Below are positions 11,650 to 24,300 of a stretch of 64,000 nt of DNA, one piece after another (within the stretch, counting starts at the first letter, position 1; every line of letters begins with the position of its first letter). A model generated the notes under the pieces. The model was not told the origin of the DNA. It ran no database searches and worked only from the letters and a program-made list of their open reading frames with translations. A program made the translations under genes and the position numbers. The DNA comes from Azolla caroliniana (Eukaryota > Plantae > Polypodiophyta), in assembly GCA_043228905.1 (NCBI GenBank), contig JBHGNT010000013.1, positions 13,640,001-13,704,000 of the forward strand. Reading direction: 5' to 3'.

Positions 11650-14600
11650 TACTCCCCCTCTTTAAAACATTGCACTCTTGCAATGGAAAGTTAGGGAAGT
11701 TAGTTCTAAGAGTATTTTCGCGTTCCCATGTGGCATCTTTTATTGATTTATCCATCCATTTTATTTTAAATTCTCGGATTTCTTTAGTACGTAATTTTTT
11801 TGTTTTAACATCGAGAATTCTTTCTGGTACATGTGGTTTAGAAGATAATTCTTCAGAAGTAACCAGAGTTTCAATCGTAACTGTATTGTCGCCAGAACCT
11901 AGAAGTTCTTTTAGACGACTCACATGAAAGACTGGATGAATTCCGACACCATCGGGAAGAGCGAGACGATAGGCTGATGACCCAATGCGTTTGAGGACTG
12001 TAAAAGGTCCACAAAACCGTGGGGCTAACTTAGCGCACTTACCCGTAGACAATGTCTTAGAATTGTGAGGTACACGTAAAAATACCTTCTGTCCAGGGTT
12101 GAATACACGAGGTTGCCTATGATGATCGGCATAAAAACGCGCTCTATCTTGAGCTGTTTTTATATTATCTCGTGCAATATGCAACATATCTTGCATATCC
12201 CGAAGAAAGTTTTGCATACTTCGCAACTCATCATGATGTATAGTAACATCAATCGGGGCTCGTGGCTGAAAACCATACATCAACATAAAAGGACTATATC
12301 CCGTCGACGTATGCTTGGAGCTGTTATAAGCAAACTCCAAAATTGGGAGATAACGTTCCCATTTTGTTGGTTTTGCACCAACGTATGCTCGAAGCATGTC
12401 CTCAATAATTTGATTTACTCGTTCTGTCTGTCCATCGGATTGAGGATGATCCGTGGAGCTCATGCTCAACGTAGTTTCTAACTTCTTAAAGACTTGTGTC
12501 CAGAAGTCACTAGTAAACTTTGGATCTCGATCACTCACGATATCCATCGGTAACCCATAAAAACGAAACAAATCGTCAACGAATTGGTAAGCCAATTCAG
12601 GAGCTGTTACCGTGGTTTTAGTAGCAATAAATCTGGCCATTTTAGTTAGTCGATCAACGACAACCCAGATGGCATCATGACCTTTTTGGGTGCGAGGAAG
12701 GCTAACAATAAAATCCATGGATATACTTTCCCACTTATTATTGGGAATGTCCAAGGGATGTAAAAGTCCTGCGGCTTTAAGTCGCTCGGCTTTGTTAACC
12801 TGACACTGGTGACATTTAGTCACATAGCTATGTATGTCAGGACGCATCTTAGGCCAATAAAATTGAGTGGAGATGAGAACGAGTGTACGATGTATTCCAG
12901 GGTGCCCTGCTGAGGGTGCATCATGGCATTCAAAAAGAATCCTCTTTTTGACCTCGGGTAAATCTGGAACACAAACCTTCCCATTACGGTAGAGCAAACC
13001 GTTAGCAATGTGGAAGTATTCCTTCGAGGATGTGGTGGTGTCTGTTCCAGACTCAACTCTTGCCCAGTATTTTGCGAAATAATTGTCATCAGGATACTTT
13101 CCTCGAAGGTGATCATAAAGATCTGATGATATTTCAGTGAAGCTAAGCGTGTTAACTTCACGGATGCGACTTAGTGCATCAGCGACAGTGTTCATGGAAC
13201 CTTTACGATATCGTATGGAAAAATCAAAGTCCTGGATGAGATCAGCCCATCGTGCCTTACGACCTTTCAGGTCTTGTTGGTCACAAAAATATTTCAAGGA
13301 CTCGTGGTCCGTAGTTACCACAAACTGATTTCCATAAAGATAATGGCGCCATGTTTTGAGCGCATGTATAACTGCAAATAATTCCTTTTCTTGAACGGTA
13401 TACCGACATTGAGCAGAATCAAGTTTCTTACTCTCGAATGCTATTGGTTTACCATCTTAATACAAGACAGCACCTATAGCGTAATCGCTGGCATCGGTTT
13501 CAACCTCAAAAGGTTTTGAAGGATCGGGTAAAAGAAGTGAAGGAGCCTTGCAAACCAGGTCCTTGAGTTCCTTAAAGGCAAGGTCTAGTGTAGCATTCCA
13601 CACAATAGGTTTTGTAGACTTACGCGTTTGACCTTTTAAAAGATCAGTAAACGGCGTCGTCAATTGGGAGTAATTACGAAGAGACTTTCGCAAAAACCCC
13701 ACAAAACCAAGGAATGATCGAACTTCTCGAATATTCCGAAGAGTGGGCCAAAGCTTGATTTTCTCAATGCGAGAAGGATCAATTTCAACTCCTCGTTCGG
13801 TTATGAGATGTCCTAGATAAGTAATTGCTTTCTTGAAGAACTCACATTTTGAGATCTTCGCATAAAACTGTTTGTCACGCAATGTTTGTAAAACAAAGCG
13901 GACATGTCTAGCATGTTCTTGTAATGTACGGCTATAAACTAAAATATCATCCAAGAAAATAACGACAAATTTTCCAAGTTGTTCTCGGAAAATGTCATTC
14001 ATTTCTTGTTGAAAAGTAGCCGGAGCATTGGTCAAACCAAAAGGCATAACCAAAAACTCGTAATGGCCATAGCGCGTACGAAATGCCGTTTTAGGAACAT
14101 CGTCCTCACTTATTCTTATTTGATGGTAGCCAGTACGGAGATCAAGTTTCGTAAAATACCGAGCTCCCTGGAGATGGTCAATTAGATCGTCAGCCCGGGG
14201 CAATGGATACGAATTCTTGATCGTCACTTTATTCAAGCGTCGGTAATTAATACACATACGCCATGTGCCCTCTTTCTTTTTAACCAAGAGAACTGGTGCA
14301 CCCCATGGAGATTTACTATAACGTATATAACCCATTCGTAAATAGTCCTTGAGTTGCTTAGATACCTCATCTTCTTCGGATCGACTTAAGCGATACGGAG
14401 GTATACTTATTGGTGCAACACCAGGTACAATATCTATACGATGGTCTATATTACGTTTAGGAGGTAACCCATCAGGTAGTTCACTTGGGAAAACATCATG
14501 AAAATCATTTAAGATTTCATCAAGTTGTTGTTGTTCAAAATATGTTAATTGAATCGGGACATTATCGATATTGTAAACGTGAATGTCCGGATCAAGTACA

Positions 14601-16069
14601 CAATAAAATAACGTAGAACAAGACAACTCGGATATTGATGGACACGAGGAAACAATCGAGAGGGATTGTTTTTTTACACATTGAATAAAATGCGTACAAT
14701 CGTTCAGTACAAAAGAAATGGAATGACGAACCCAATCAATCAATAAAGAAGAGTTTTTATTATAAAACCAGGGATAACCCAGTATTACATCGGTGGTACA
14801 AAGATTCATTACATGGAAGTCTACTTCCTCTATATAAGTATCAATAGAAATTCCTAATGAATGAATCGCCCCGTTGATGTATTGTACTCTTCCATCAGCC
14901 AAGTGCACCGTGTAGGTGTGATCACTTACGGTGGGTTGGATTCCCCATATCTGAACCAAACGATCATTCACAAAATTGTGTGAGCTTCCCGAATCAAATA
15001 AAAATTGTACGGGAGATCCATTGATATACCCGTTTGCACGTAGTAAATCATTGGGACCCAATACATAGTGAGGGAAAGAACATTGACAATTACTTAAATG
15101 ATGTGTATAGACCTGAAGGACATTAGGAATCTGACCTTTATGGTCTGCAGCTTTAGCTTTGTTGTCGTGCTCTTTCCGTTGGAGCTTTCGACATTGATCT
15201 TTTGTATGACCCTTCTTTTTGCAGAATACACAAAAAGGATGTTGTCGCTTACAATCGCGATCCAGGAATTCGTTGGGTGTCTTGCGTTTCCCAACAAATT
15301 GCGACTGCTTAGTCCCGGGCGCTTCGTTGGGTTTGTTGTGGTCCTTCTTCGAAGTGCGTTGATAGCGAGGAACTATTTCAATGGCCTCTTCGAAGGATTT
15401 TGGATCCTTATCGTGCACTATCCAGTGATAGTCCGAATTGGGGATGCCATTGACAAAACAAGCTATCAACCAATTGTCCCCTTCTAGACCCGATTTTTGG
15501 ATTTGGGTTCTAGCATGGTGAACATAGTCTTCTAGCGAGGAAAATTTCCTGCTAGAGAGGTTCATTAAAGCTTGTGCTGCCTCGGTTCGAGAGGGAGGTT
15601 GCAGAAATTGGCCCTTAAAAACCGTGACAAAATCTGTCCAGGTATCGGGCAATTTCCCCATAGTACGGAGGCCACGCCACCAGGCGGCGGCCTTACCCCC
15701 GAGTTCTCGGCCGACATATGCAATCTTCGTACTATCTGGCGTGGGATAGAGCTCAAAATGAGACTCCCATCGTCCCAGCCATGTGCAGATTGCTTCTTCG
15801 GTTCTTTCCTTTTTGTCTCCCGTAAATGGCTTAACGACAAATGATGGTTCACCTTGTCGCTCATCAGGTCTATTAGTCTCACGTTGTAGACTAATGACAC
15901 GTGCCTCAAGAGCACTCTGAGATTGCCGAAGTTCGGTCATCTGTTGAGCGGTGAAACTAAGGAATTGGGTTATTTGTGCCAAATACATCTCAGTGGACAT
16001 TTGTCCAGGAGGATTCCCTTGAGTTCCTTCCGCTTGAGCGGATGACATCGGGTCGTTAATTTGAGCCAT
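11636..16069 (-). pseudogene. E3 single-frame gag-pol (Gag, CCHC, PR, RT, RNase H, INT, chromodomain-like) with one premature TAA at 13457-13459
   Basis: [37 protein letters not shown], and PERILDVK...FKIKW...ATWE. The E7 copy has CAA (Gln) at the stop position. Confidence 0.94.
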
Positions 16070-17204
16070 TAAAGATTATTTCTGGAAAAGAAATAGGATA
16101 AGGTCAGAGATATAGTCATAACATCATGTCGTGATGTAAACATATCATGGGCGAGCATTAATCGATATCATTATCTCACGTCAATACCCCTCTAGACGTA
16201 TGAGATGAGGTTCAAGATCAGGTTACTATGGTAACACAAAGGTGTTTTAAAAACCATGGGGGTGACAAAAAAATGTCTTTCCCGGATCTCTATATCGATT
16301 TTTTCATGGTGGCTCCCCGAGGCTCAACCATGTATGTTCGCGTCATGAATAGTTTATACACGAAAAAAAATGTTAACAATAAACTATGTTTCGGTGCCCA
16401 CATAAGTGGTTTCGGCTCTTTAAGTCCTATTACGAGGACCCCGAGGTGCACTTAGACCTTAAGTCTAAACATGTGGTATAGTCATATGTATCAAGGATGT
16501 TGTATGGTCTTGGTCATATTTGAACTCGAGACCTCGAGAACAAATACATTAAACACTTGAGCCAACCAAGTAAGTTGGTCTTCTCGAATGTTTAATGTTT
16601 GATGCGTATAAGAGATATGCGAGGCAATTGATCATATATGTTTTTTTAAAAGAACATATATGTCAAGGTCCTTATTTCGCCCTCATTTACCAAAACTATG
16701 TTGGTACGTTACCTAACCTCAAGTCTCGTAATTACGATGGCATACGCCAAAGTGCAACCTAATGGTCAAGCCAAATGAGCCCTCGTTTCGTTGCCTCTCG
16801 TAAGAACGAGCTCATGGTGGCATCGTATCCATGTAACGAGGGAGGGATGTTGGATACGTGCGTCATTGGAGCGACCTCACTTGAAGTGGGTCAAGCCCTA
16901 CGTACTCAACATCATTATGGCTATTGCGTTTCTTTACGTAACGAAATCGAGGTCATCAAGGGGATTGTCAACAATAAAAAATTGTTGAAAATGGGATGGT
17001 GACAACGCCATTCTCACAAAAATGTGAGGACGGCCACCAACATCCTTTTCCCGACCATGACAACTTTCGATATAATCACGTAATAACGAATATACACATA
17101 TGTTTACTTATCACATATATACGATCAAATACGTATATATGTGACCACATATGCCTATATTAAACATATCGTTATATTAAATAGCCACAAATGATGTGAT
17201 CGAG

Positions 17205-17465
17205 ATACGTAATCGAGGTATATACCTCTACGCACACGAAACATCCACAAATAAGAGATCATCGTAATACGCAATGGAGGTATTAACCTCTTACGCATAC
17301 GAGACCAAACGCATATCGTTTACAACAAATCAAGGTATTAAACTCATACGCAAACGTAACATATGTTCGTGAACGTAATACGTAATTGAGGTATTAACCT
17401 CGTACGCATACGACACTCATCACATATTATTAATATGTCAAACGAGGTATTGACCTCGTGCACAT
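17205..17465. repeat. Five ~55-62-bp units centred on the near-palindrome GAGGTATTAACCTC in the E3 leader
   Basis: Motif copies at about 17215, 17277, 17333, 17388 and 17444. Confidence 0.7.
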
Positions 17466-17702
17466 ATGTAAACGTTTTAGATAATCAATTAAAGACCACT
17501 ACAACATCATTGACTTAATGAAAAAAAATTACATATAAACTAAACACATGATTAGATGGGAGAAGAGAGAATAGAAAGAAAATTATGGAAAGAGTTACCG
17601 AAGTTCTTTGTTGATCGTTGTCTGGATCAAGGCCAACCGCACAACGATCGATCAGCATCAATCAAAAGACAAATGAAAAACAAAGAAACATTAGTACAAA
17701 AA

Positions 17703-17712
17703 TCTGATACCA
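17703..17712 (-). promoter_or_regulatory. PBS of E3 (initiator tRNA-Met)
   Basis: TGGTATCAGA 2 nt after the LTR. Confidence 0.9.
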
Positions 17713-17714
17713 AA

Positions 17715-18169
17715 TATTATAGATCATAGCACTAATGTAAGCTTAAGATAAGGATAAAGAATTGAAAGATAGAAAGGAGAAAGAGAAAGAAGGGTGCCGA
17801 TCCACCCGACCACCCCCGAGCGAAGGGATCGAGACGGACTCGAGCCTCGATCGGCGTCCCATACCACCGCCGTGGCGTCGAGTCGTACCTGGTGCTGGAG
17901 CGCTCGCTACAAAAGTTGACCCACCACACGAGCAGAGTCTCGATGTAGTCAAAAGATGATCAAATGAGGGTAGCTAGGCCTCTTATTTATAGCGATACCC
18001 AAGGCCCCCAGGCAAGTTCACACTTGACCTAATGGGTTGTCTCAATCCCGAGGATTAAAAGTAATCCTCCCCTTCTTCACACTCTCGTTTAACCCTCACA
18101 CTTATCCACGTGTATAGAATACTACGGTAAATTCTTACCACGGGATATTATATGGTCATGCCCGTAACA
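17715..18169 (-). repeat. 5' LTR of E3
   Basis: Direct repeat of 11195-11649, followed on minus by TT-TGGTATCAGA. Confidence 0.96.
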
Positions 18170-18430
18170 GACACTACCTTCATTCTCTGTATCTTTATTA
18201 ATATCGTATTCTTCAATAGAGAACTCTTCACATGTGTCATTATTCACATTCGTTATAGGTGAAGATGAGCTCAGACAATACTCTTCGATAGAATATTGTG
18301 TGCTTGTCGACTGACAATATTCTTCAATAGAAAATGGTGAGTCTGTCAACAAACAATACTCTTCGGTAGAAAACAAAGAATCTGATGACAAACAATATTC
18401 TTCAATCGAGAACGGTGAATCTTCACTCAT
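18170..18430 (-). pseudogene. N-terminus of the same transposase, with five FS(I/T)EEY(C)-type peptide repeats
   Basis: Removing E3 and one GACAC TSD gives ...NEGSV|NETSNIMG..., in frame with ORF 10134-11042. Confidence 0.75.
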
Positions 18431-18709
18431 GGCTTAAGGTCCACACAGAGCTCTTTAAGTTATGTGTTTAGGCTAACATAAAAACTGATAAGCTCCTCTC
18501 TAAACATAAACTCCTCTCTAAATAGAAGCTCCCTCAATATAATGTCTATATTATTTAATATTATATTAATACAATACATAAAGATATTATTTTTAAAATA
18601 ATAATTGTATTCAACATATTAATAATTACTTAAACTAGTCTGTATAAAGTTAAATCAAGCAAAATATAATTACAATCATTACCAAGCCTTATCTATGTTG
18701 GATTAAAGT

Positions 18710-19000
18710 TAAAATCATTGGTTAATTAATGGCACCCATATTTAATATAGAACTTCTCAGTCATTGGTTCATTCATGCCCACCATTTTAAATAAAAGACT
18801 TTTCAATCATTGGTTCATTCAGGCCCACATCTTTAATACAAAGCAATTAAGAGTCATAAAAATGTTGCTTTGAGTAATCGATCATTGGTTCATTCATGAA
18901 CCTCGATCATTGTTTCCTCCCTAAACTTTAAAATCATTGTATGTTATTTTGACTATAAAATAATCATCAATATGTTAGTTTGACTTTGTAATCATTGATG
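18710..19000. promoter_or_regulatory. Repeated ATCATTGGTTCATTCA motif (CCAAT-containing on minus) between the two divergent start codons
   Basis: Good copies at ~18714, 18760, 18806 (46-bp period) and 18881, plus degenerate ATCATTG copies. Confidence 0.5.
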
Positions 19001-19334
19001 CAATCATAAGTAAATTTGGTTAAAGTGACTATGGTTCCTAACTAACTAACCTCAAGCTTGCCAACCCTGGTTAAGGTGACTGTGGTTACTTTAACCACTG
19101 TAGTCAATCCCGATAAATAGGAAGACCTCGTCATATTTCAATCATACAAAGCACAAGAGCACATAGAGCAAACAGAGCAAACAAAGCACATAGAGCACAT
19201 AGAGCACGAAGCATGAAAGCGAGATCTCTGCCTAAACTTCGACAAGATCAACCATGTCTTCAAAGAAAATCGAGCGCCAGGACTCCAAGTAAGCCTCTGA
19301 CACTAAGGACATTTTTGTAAATATGTTTTAGCAC

Positions 19335-20150
19335 TGAGGAACTCGATACACCGTATCGAGTTCCTGTATAAAACACCAACTTTATACAGGAACTCGATAC
19401 GGCGTATTGAGTTTCTGTTTGAAGTTTAGGTTTTATACAGGAACTCAATACGCCGTATCGAGTTCTTGTATAAAGTTTGTGTTCTATACAGGAACTCGAT
19501 ACGACGTATCGAGTTCCTGTTTAAAGTTTAGGTTTTATACAGGAACTCAATACGGCGTATCGAGTTCCTTTTTAAAGTTTTTGTTTTAAAGAGGAACTCG
19601 ATACGCCGTATCGAGTTCCTGTATTATGTTCGTGTGTTATACAAGAACTAGATACAGTGTATCGAGTTCCTGTACAAAGTTTGTGTTTTGCTATATATAG
19701 TATACATTTTAAACATGAACTTGATACAACGTATCGAGTTCTTGTACAAAACGTAAACTTTAAACAAGAACTCGATACAGCGTATCGAGTTCCTGTTCAA
19801 AACAAAAACTTTAAACAGGAACTCGATACGCCATATCGAGTTCCTGTATAAAACCCAAACTTTAAACAGGAACTCGATACGTCGTATCGAGTTCCTGTAT
19901 AGAACATAAACTTTATACAGGAACTCGATACGCCGTATCAAGTTCCTGTGTAAAGCATGTGTTTTATACAGAAACTCGATACGCCGTATCGAGTTCCTGT
20001 TTAAAGTTTACGTTTTGTATAGGAACTCAATACGCCGTATCGAGTTCCTTTGTAAAGTATGTGTTTGATACATGAACTCAATACCCTGCATCGAGTTCAT
20101 GTATAAACATGAACTATATGCATGAACACGATACGGCATATCGAGTTCTA
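19335..20150. repeat. Array of 16 palindromes ACAGGAACTCGATAC-NNN-GTATCGAGTTCCTGT, 51-bp period, 18-bp AT-rich spacers
   Basis: Units at 19337, 19388, 19439, 19490, 19541, 19592, 19643, 19715, 19766, 19817, 19868, 19919, 19970, 20021, 20072 and 20122. Confidence 0.95.
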
Positions 20151-20717
20151 AACCCTAAAACACACAATTTAAAGAGGAATATTGTCTCTTTGGGGCAACA
20201 ATTTAGTATTGTGTCAAAAGATATCCAACTTTCTGTCAAAATCAGACTTTTTTTATGGAGATTTGCCATATTTTGTAACAAATAGGGGCCTAAATTATAG
20301 AGGTTTTATGACCTAGTATAGCTTAAAATAGTAGAAAATAACCCACAAATTACCTTTACGATACCAAATTCAAGTCTATCATATGCAAATTCTCTAGAAT
20401 ATGGATATGGAATCAATATAAGCCATACCTACCCTTCAAGATAACATATATGCTTGTATACTTATTAAGATATATATTTTCTAAGTTGAATAGCCCTTAC
20501 TAGAATGGATTTCTAAATAAAGGACTACCATGTTCACTCAATGCATGATTGATATTTTTAGTTTACCACAAATCGCCTGCTAGTTCTTGTCTTCGTCTAA
20601 TTATGTATATTTTAATATACAACCTTAATATACGTGACCACCTAACTTATGTTTTCGCATGTCCTTTCTTAAATAGGTCGTTTGAGAACTTGTCAAACCA
20701 ACCTGTGAAGAAGATAA

Positions 20718-20986
20718 TGACAGGAACTCTACGTCCCCTATGCGCAACACTCGGCCACAACCGAGCTTAGAATCATACACAGAAAACGGAGAAAGAATGC
20801 ACGACACGAAGAAGAGAAGAGTACACAGGATGTTTACGTGGGAAACCCAAACCAAGGGAAAAACCACGGCAGCCCACAGGCTGCAAACTATCACTATGTT
20901 AGAATGTACAACAGTGAGTTCACGGAGGCAACGACCTCGTGCTCACGATCTTCGGCACAAGCGGCGGTTACAACAGAGGCAACGAC

Positions 20987-21018
<32 letters not shown>

Positions 21019-21368
21019 ATACAAACAAGAATAACAACCACTACTATTAAAGTTTGCCCTAAGTCATATTTATACTAATATGACTTTTCGGCTATTTACA
21101 AATATAGCCTCCATGGACTCTCAAAAACATAATTACGAATATGTCTCTTCATCCGGTGAGCACTCCTCACCGGGTCTTCACCATCCGGCTCTCCTCACCG
21201 GGTACTCCTCATCTAGTTCTCACCGGGTCTGCACCATCCGGCTCTCCGTAGCCGGGTACTCCTCATCCGGTTCTCACCGGGTCTGCACCATCCGGCTCTC
21301 CGTAGCCGGGTACTCCTCATCCGGTTCTCACCGGGTCTGCACCATCCGGAGGGACCTGTCTCCCAACA
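20718..21368 (-). mobile_element. Solo LTR of a Copia family related to E8, with a ~54-bp internal tandem repeat at ~21200-21350
   Basis: TG...CA ends; TSD GATAA at 20713-20717 and 21369-21373; shares blocks with the E8 LTR (CTCGGCC.CAACCGAG, GAGAAGAGTACACAG, CCCTAAGTCATATTTATAC, TCCCAACA). Confidence 0.9.
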
Positions 21369-24300
21369 GATAAAGCTCTGGATACAGGGCTCTCCAATTG
21401 AAACCCAAACCTTAATAGCTCCCGAGAACATGAAGAGAGGAAAGAAGCTTCTCTTCAACGAGGAGACAAAATGTCAACCACCCAATGAGGTCAGCCAAAA
21501 GAAACTATTAGCACCTATTGGTGGTGAAGACCTTCCTGACCGTGATCTAACGAACAAGGAATGGTGTATGCAATACGTCGACTCCAAGAAAAAAGTCGTG
21601 TTGTATACAACAAAGAAGAAGGGCGAGGGGCAGCTTGAAAATGAAACCGCATTTATGTATGGCCGTATTCTATGATTTGACTACGAAGATTCAGATTCGG
21701 CCAACATACTTGTAATGATAGAGTGCTCTAAGGGGGTATGTAAAGTGTTCCTTTCTGAAGATCTTCTAGTAAAGGAATCTTGTGGGCCAGAAGCTTTTAA
21801 AAAAGATCTAGAGAGCTCACAAAACCTTATTGTTACCTCGAGGCCTTATATACAAGGCCATGTAAGTCTAAGGGAGCCATTTCCCTCCCCAGTAAAGGCC
21901 CCGAAAAGGGCATCTAAAGTACAATCAAGACCACCAAAAAAAAAGACCACTAAAATGTCGGACCCCGACTCATCAAGCTCAAACGAAGATGAGGACACTA
22001 AGGGGATGCCAGGAGCTGAGCTGGCATCAGGTGTGTTGTCATCCAAGCATAATAAGATATGGAGAGAGTGAATGCAGCGTAAACTGGTCAGGAAAGGGCA
22101 AGTGTTTAATTTGCCTATAACACACATCCATCGGCCCCCTATTGATGAGAAAACAAGACGAAGACCACTTGAGATTAGAGAGTCACACCAAATGCATGTT
22201 CAAAATCTCAAGAAAAAAATGAAAATTAATCCACATGCTACTGTTGTGCCTTTTATTGTTATGGTGGATCCTGAAGAATGTGAAACCATTGAAGATTTTG
22301 ATATAAGAAAGCATTATCAATATAATTACTTTGTCATTGGTGGATCGCATTCGGTGGAGGCACGTCGACAACTTGTGAGAGAACATCCAACGACTTTCTT
22401 CTTCAAGTATGCCAAGTTCAAAATTTACGTGGGTCTCACAACTGAAGAGGCAAAGCTGTTGGCATGGGACCACAATAACGATAATGACTATAGGCAGAAA
22501 ATGTCATCAATTGAGCGTATAAGGTTCTTCCACCACGAGTATTTGGACGTCAAACAAAAGTTTGGTGTGAAGCTACATCCTGGCCTACAACGTCAATGCT
22601 TGCATGAAGTCGGCATTGTGGTATCTATGATAATGTTAAGTCCGATGGTCTTCGAAAATATGAGTCTTGGTTTCAATTGGCCTTTAGAGATGGAGAAGTA
22701 TGGGACCTACAAGATCAAATCTTCACAATGTGGGAGAATAAGGAGGTCAAGTGTCAACGACAAAAGAAATGTAAGGTAGACCCTCAACTAGAATTAAAGT
22801 CACAAGCAACCAAGAAAATTGATTTGACAATTGAAGAAGCGGCTGATGACATGAAGCTATCTTTGTGGAGAGCGATGCAAGGTATTAAGGACGAGCAACT
22901 TCTTGTGGCCAAAGATTCAAGCCTTGAAGAAATGGTCGCTGAGTTCAAAAAGTAAGTCTTTCAAATAGTGATATTGAAGTCAATATGGTGCAATTGAAAG
23001 TTCTAATCTCGTTTTCTAATTTCACAATCATAAGGTGTACATGAAGATCCAAGAAGTTATGATGAAACAACTTGGATCTATAACTTGGGAACAAGTGACC
23101 GAGGATTATCCTCTAACGTCTTCATATAAGGCATTATCGGAGTATTTTATTGCATTCAAGGATTGGGTTAGTATTGGTGGTTTTTCATTAAGTTTTCATC
23201 ATATGTAGAGCTTGTATAATAAAACTTGATGTCCTATTACTTCTATTAGAAACCGTGTCGTGGCAAGAAACAAGGAGAAGTTATGGATATACACGATTTC
23301 CCGACATCCTTCCTTTCACATCTCAAGAGAGCTAGAAAAGAAAAGGATCGTTGCTTAGTCAAGGCGTACAAAATGGACGAAGATGGGTCCTTCAAAAAAA
23401 TTTGCCACAAAAAAGATATTACGAGAGATCTTTACTACAATGTGGTTTGCGGAGATGCCGTTGACATGATCCAAAAAGTGCCAAAGAAGGAATATACACT
23501 AATGATTGTGGATATTCCTTATGGATTTCAAATGGCAGGGTCATGATACGATGATGAACCGTTTAGGTTTAAATAGTTGGAGAAGATGGTCAAGGATTTT
23601 GCTGAGCTAACAACTGCATCCTTGTGGAGAATAGTTGTCTTTCATAGTATGGATCGAGGGTACTTGGTAGCTCAAGCTTTAAGATCTCGTTGCCATGGCA
23701 TCGAGAACCTTGCCTGGTAAGGATTATTTATAGGTCGCATTCACTATATTGCCTTTCTTAAGATTGTTCAATCTATTCTTAACTCAATGTAATATTTGTT
23801 ATAGGATAAAAACCAATGTAAATAGAGGGCCAACCTTTCGGTTCGTTAATGCCATTGAATATATCACGGTTGGCTACTTCGATGAAATTAAGAAACAAAG
23901 AATCAAGGAGCATTCTAATGAAGTGGGAAGTTCAAATCTGTTGGTATATCCAACAGTGACACAGAAATTGCGACATGTCACCACGACAGAACGGGGACTT
24001 GTCAACCCATACCAAAGACCTCAACGACTTATGATGCGCTTGATCGAGATGTTTTCTGTCGAAGGAGACTGGATATTAGACCTCATTTCTGGCATAGGTA
24101 TTCCTCGAACTAGGGTAACGATCTTGAGATAACCAATACTGAATCTTTTTTGTTTGAGAACTAATTCTTCTTGTTACTTTCTTCTCAGGAACAACGTGTG
24201 CATGTGCATTGAAGCTCTTTAGAAACACGGTTGCATTGGAGAAGGACGAGGAGCAGGTTATATTTATAAACATGAGGATTAAGGCTTTGTGGGAGTGCCC

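Larger units (their letters stand above)
11195..18169 (-). mobile_element. E3: full-length, very young chromovirus-type Gypsy element with TG...TA LTR termini
   Basis: 455-bp LTRs at 11195-11649 and 17715-18169 with no differences seen; TSD GACAC at 11190-11194 and 18170-18174; iMet PBS; PPT AGAGGGGGAG. Confidence 0.96.

Noticed and set aside
19260-19941. Small ORFs with repeated peptides (YTGTRY..., RIEFL...)
   Set aside because: They are translation artefacts of the 51-bp palindromic repeat.
19335-20150. CRISPR array
   Set aside because: Spacers are 18-bp variants of a single sequence rather than unique sequences, no cas genes are present, and the context is a eukaryotic intron.
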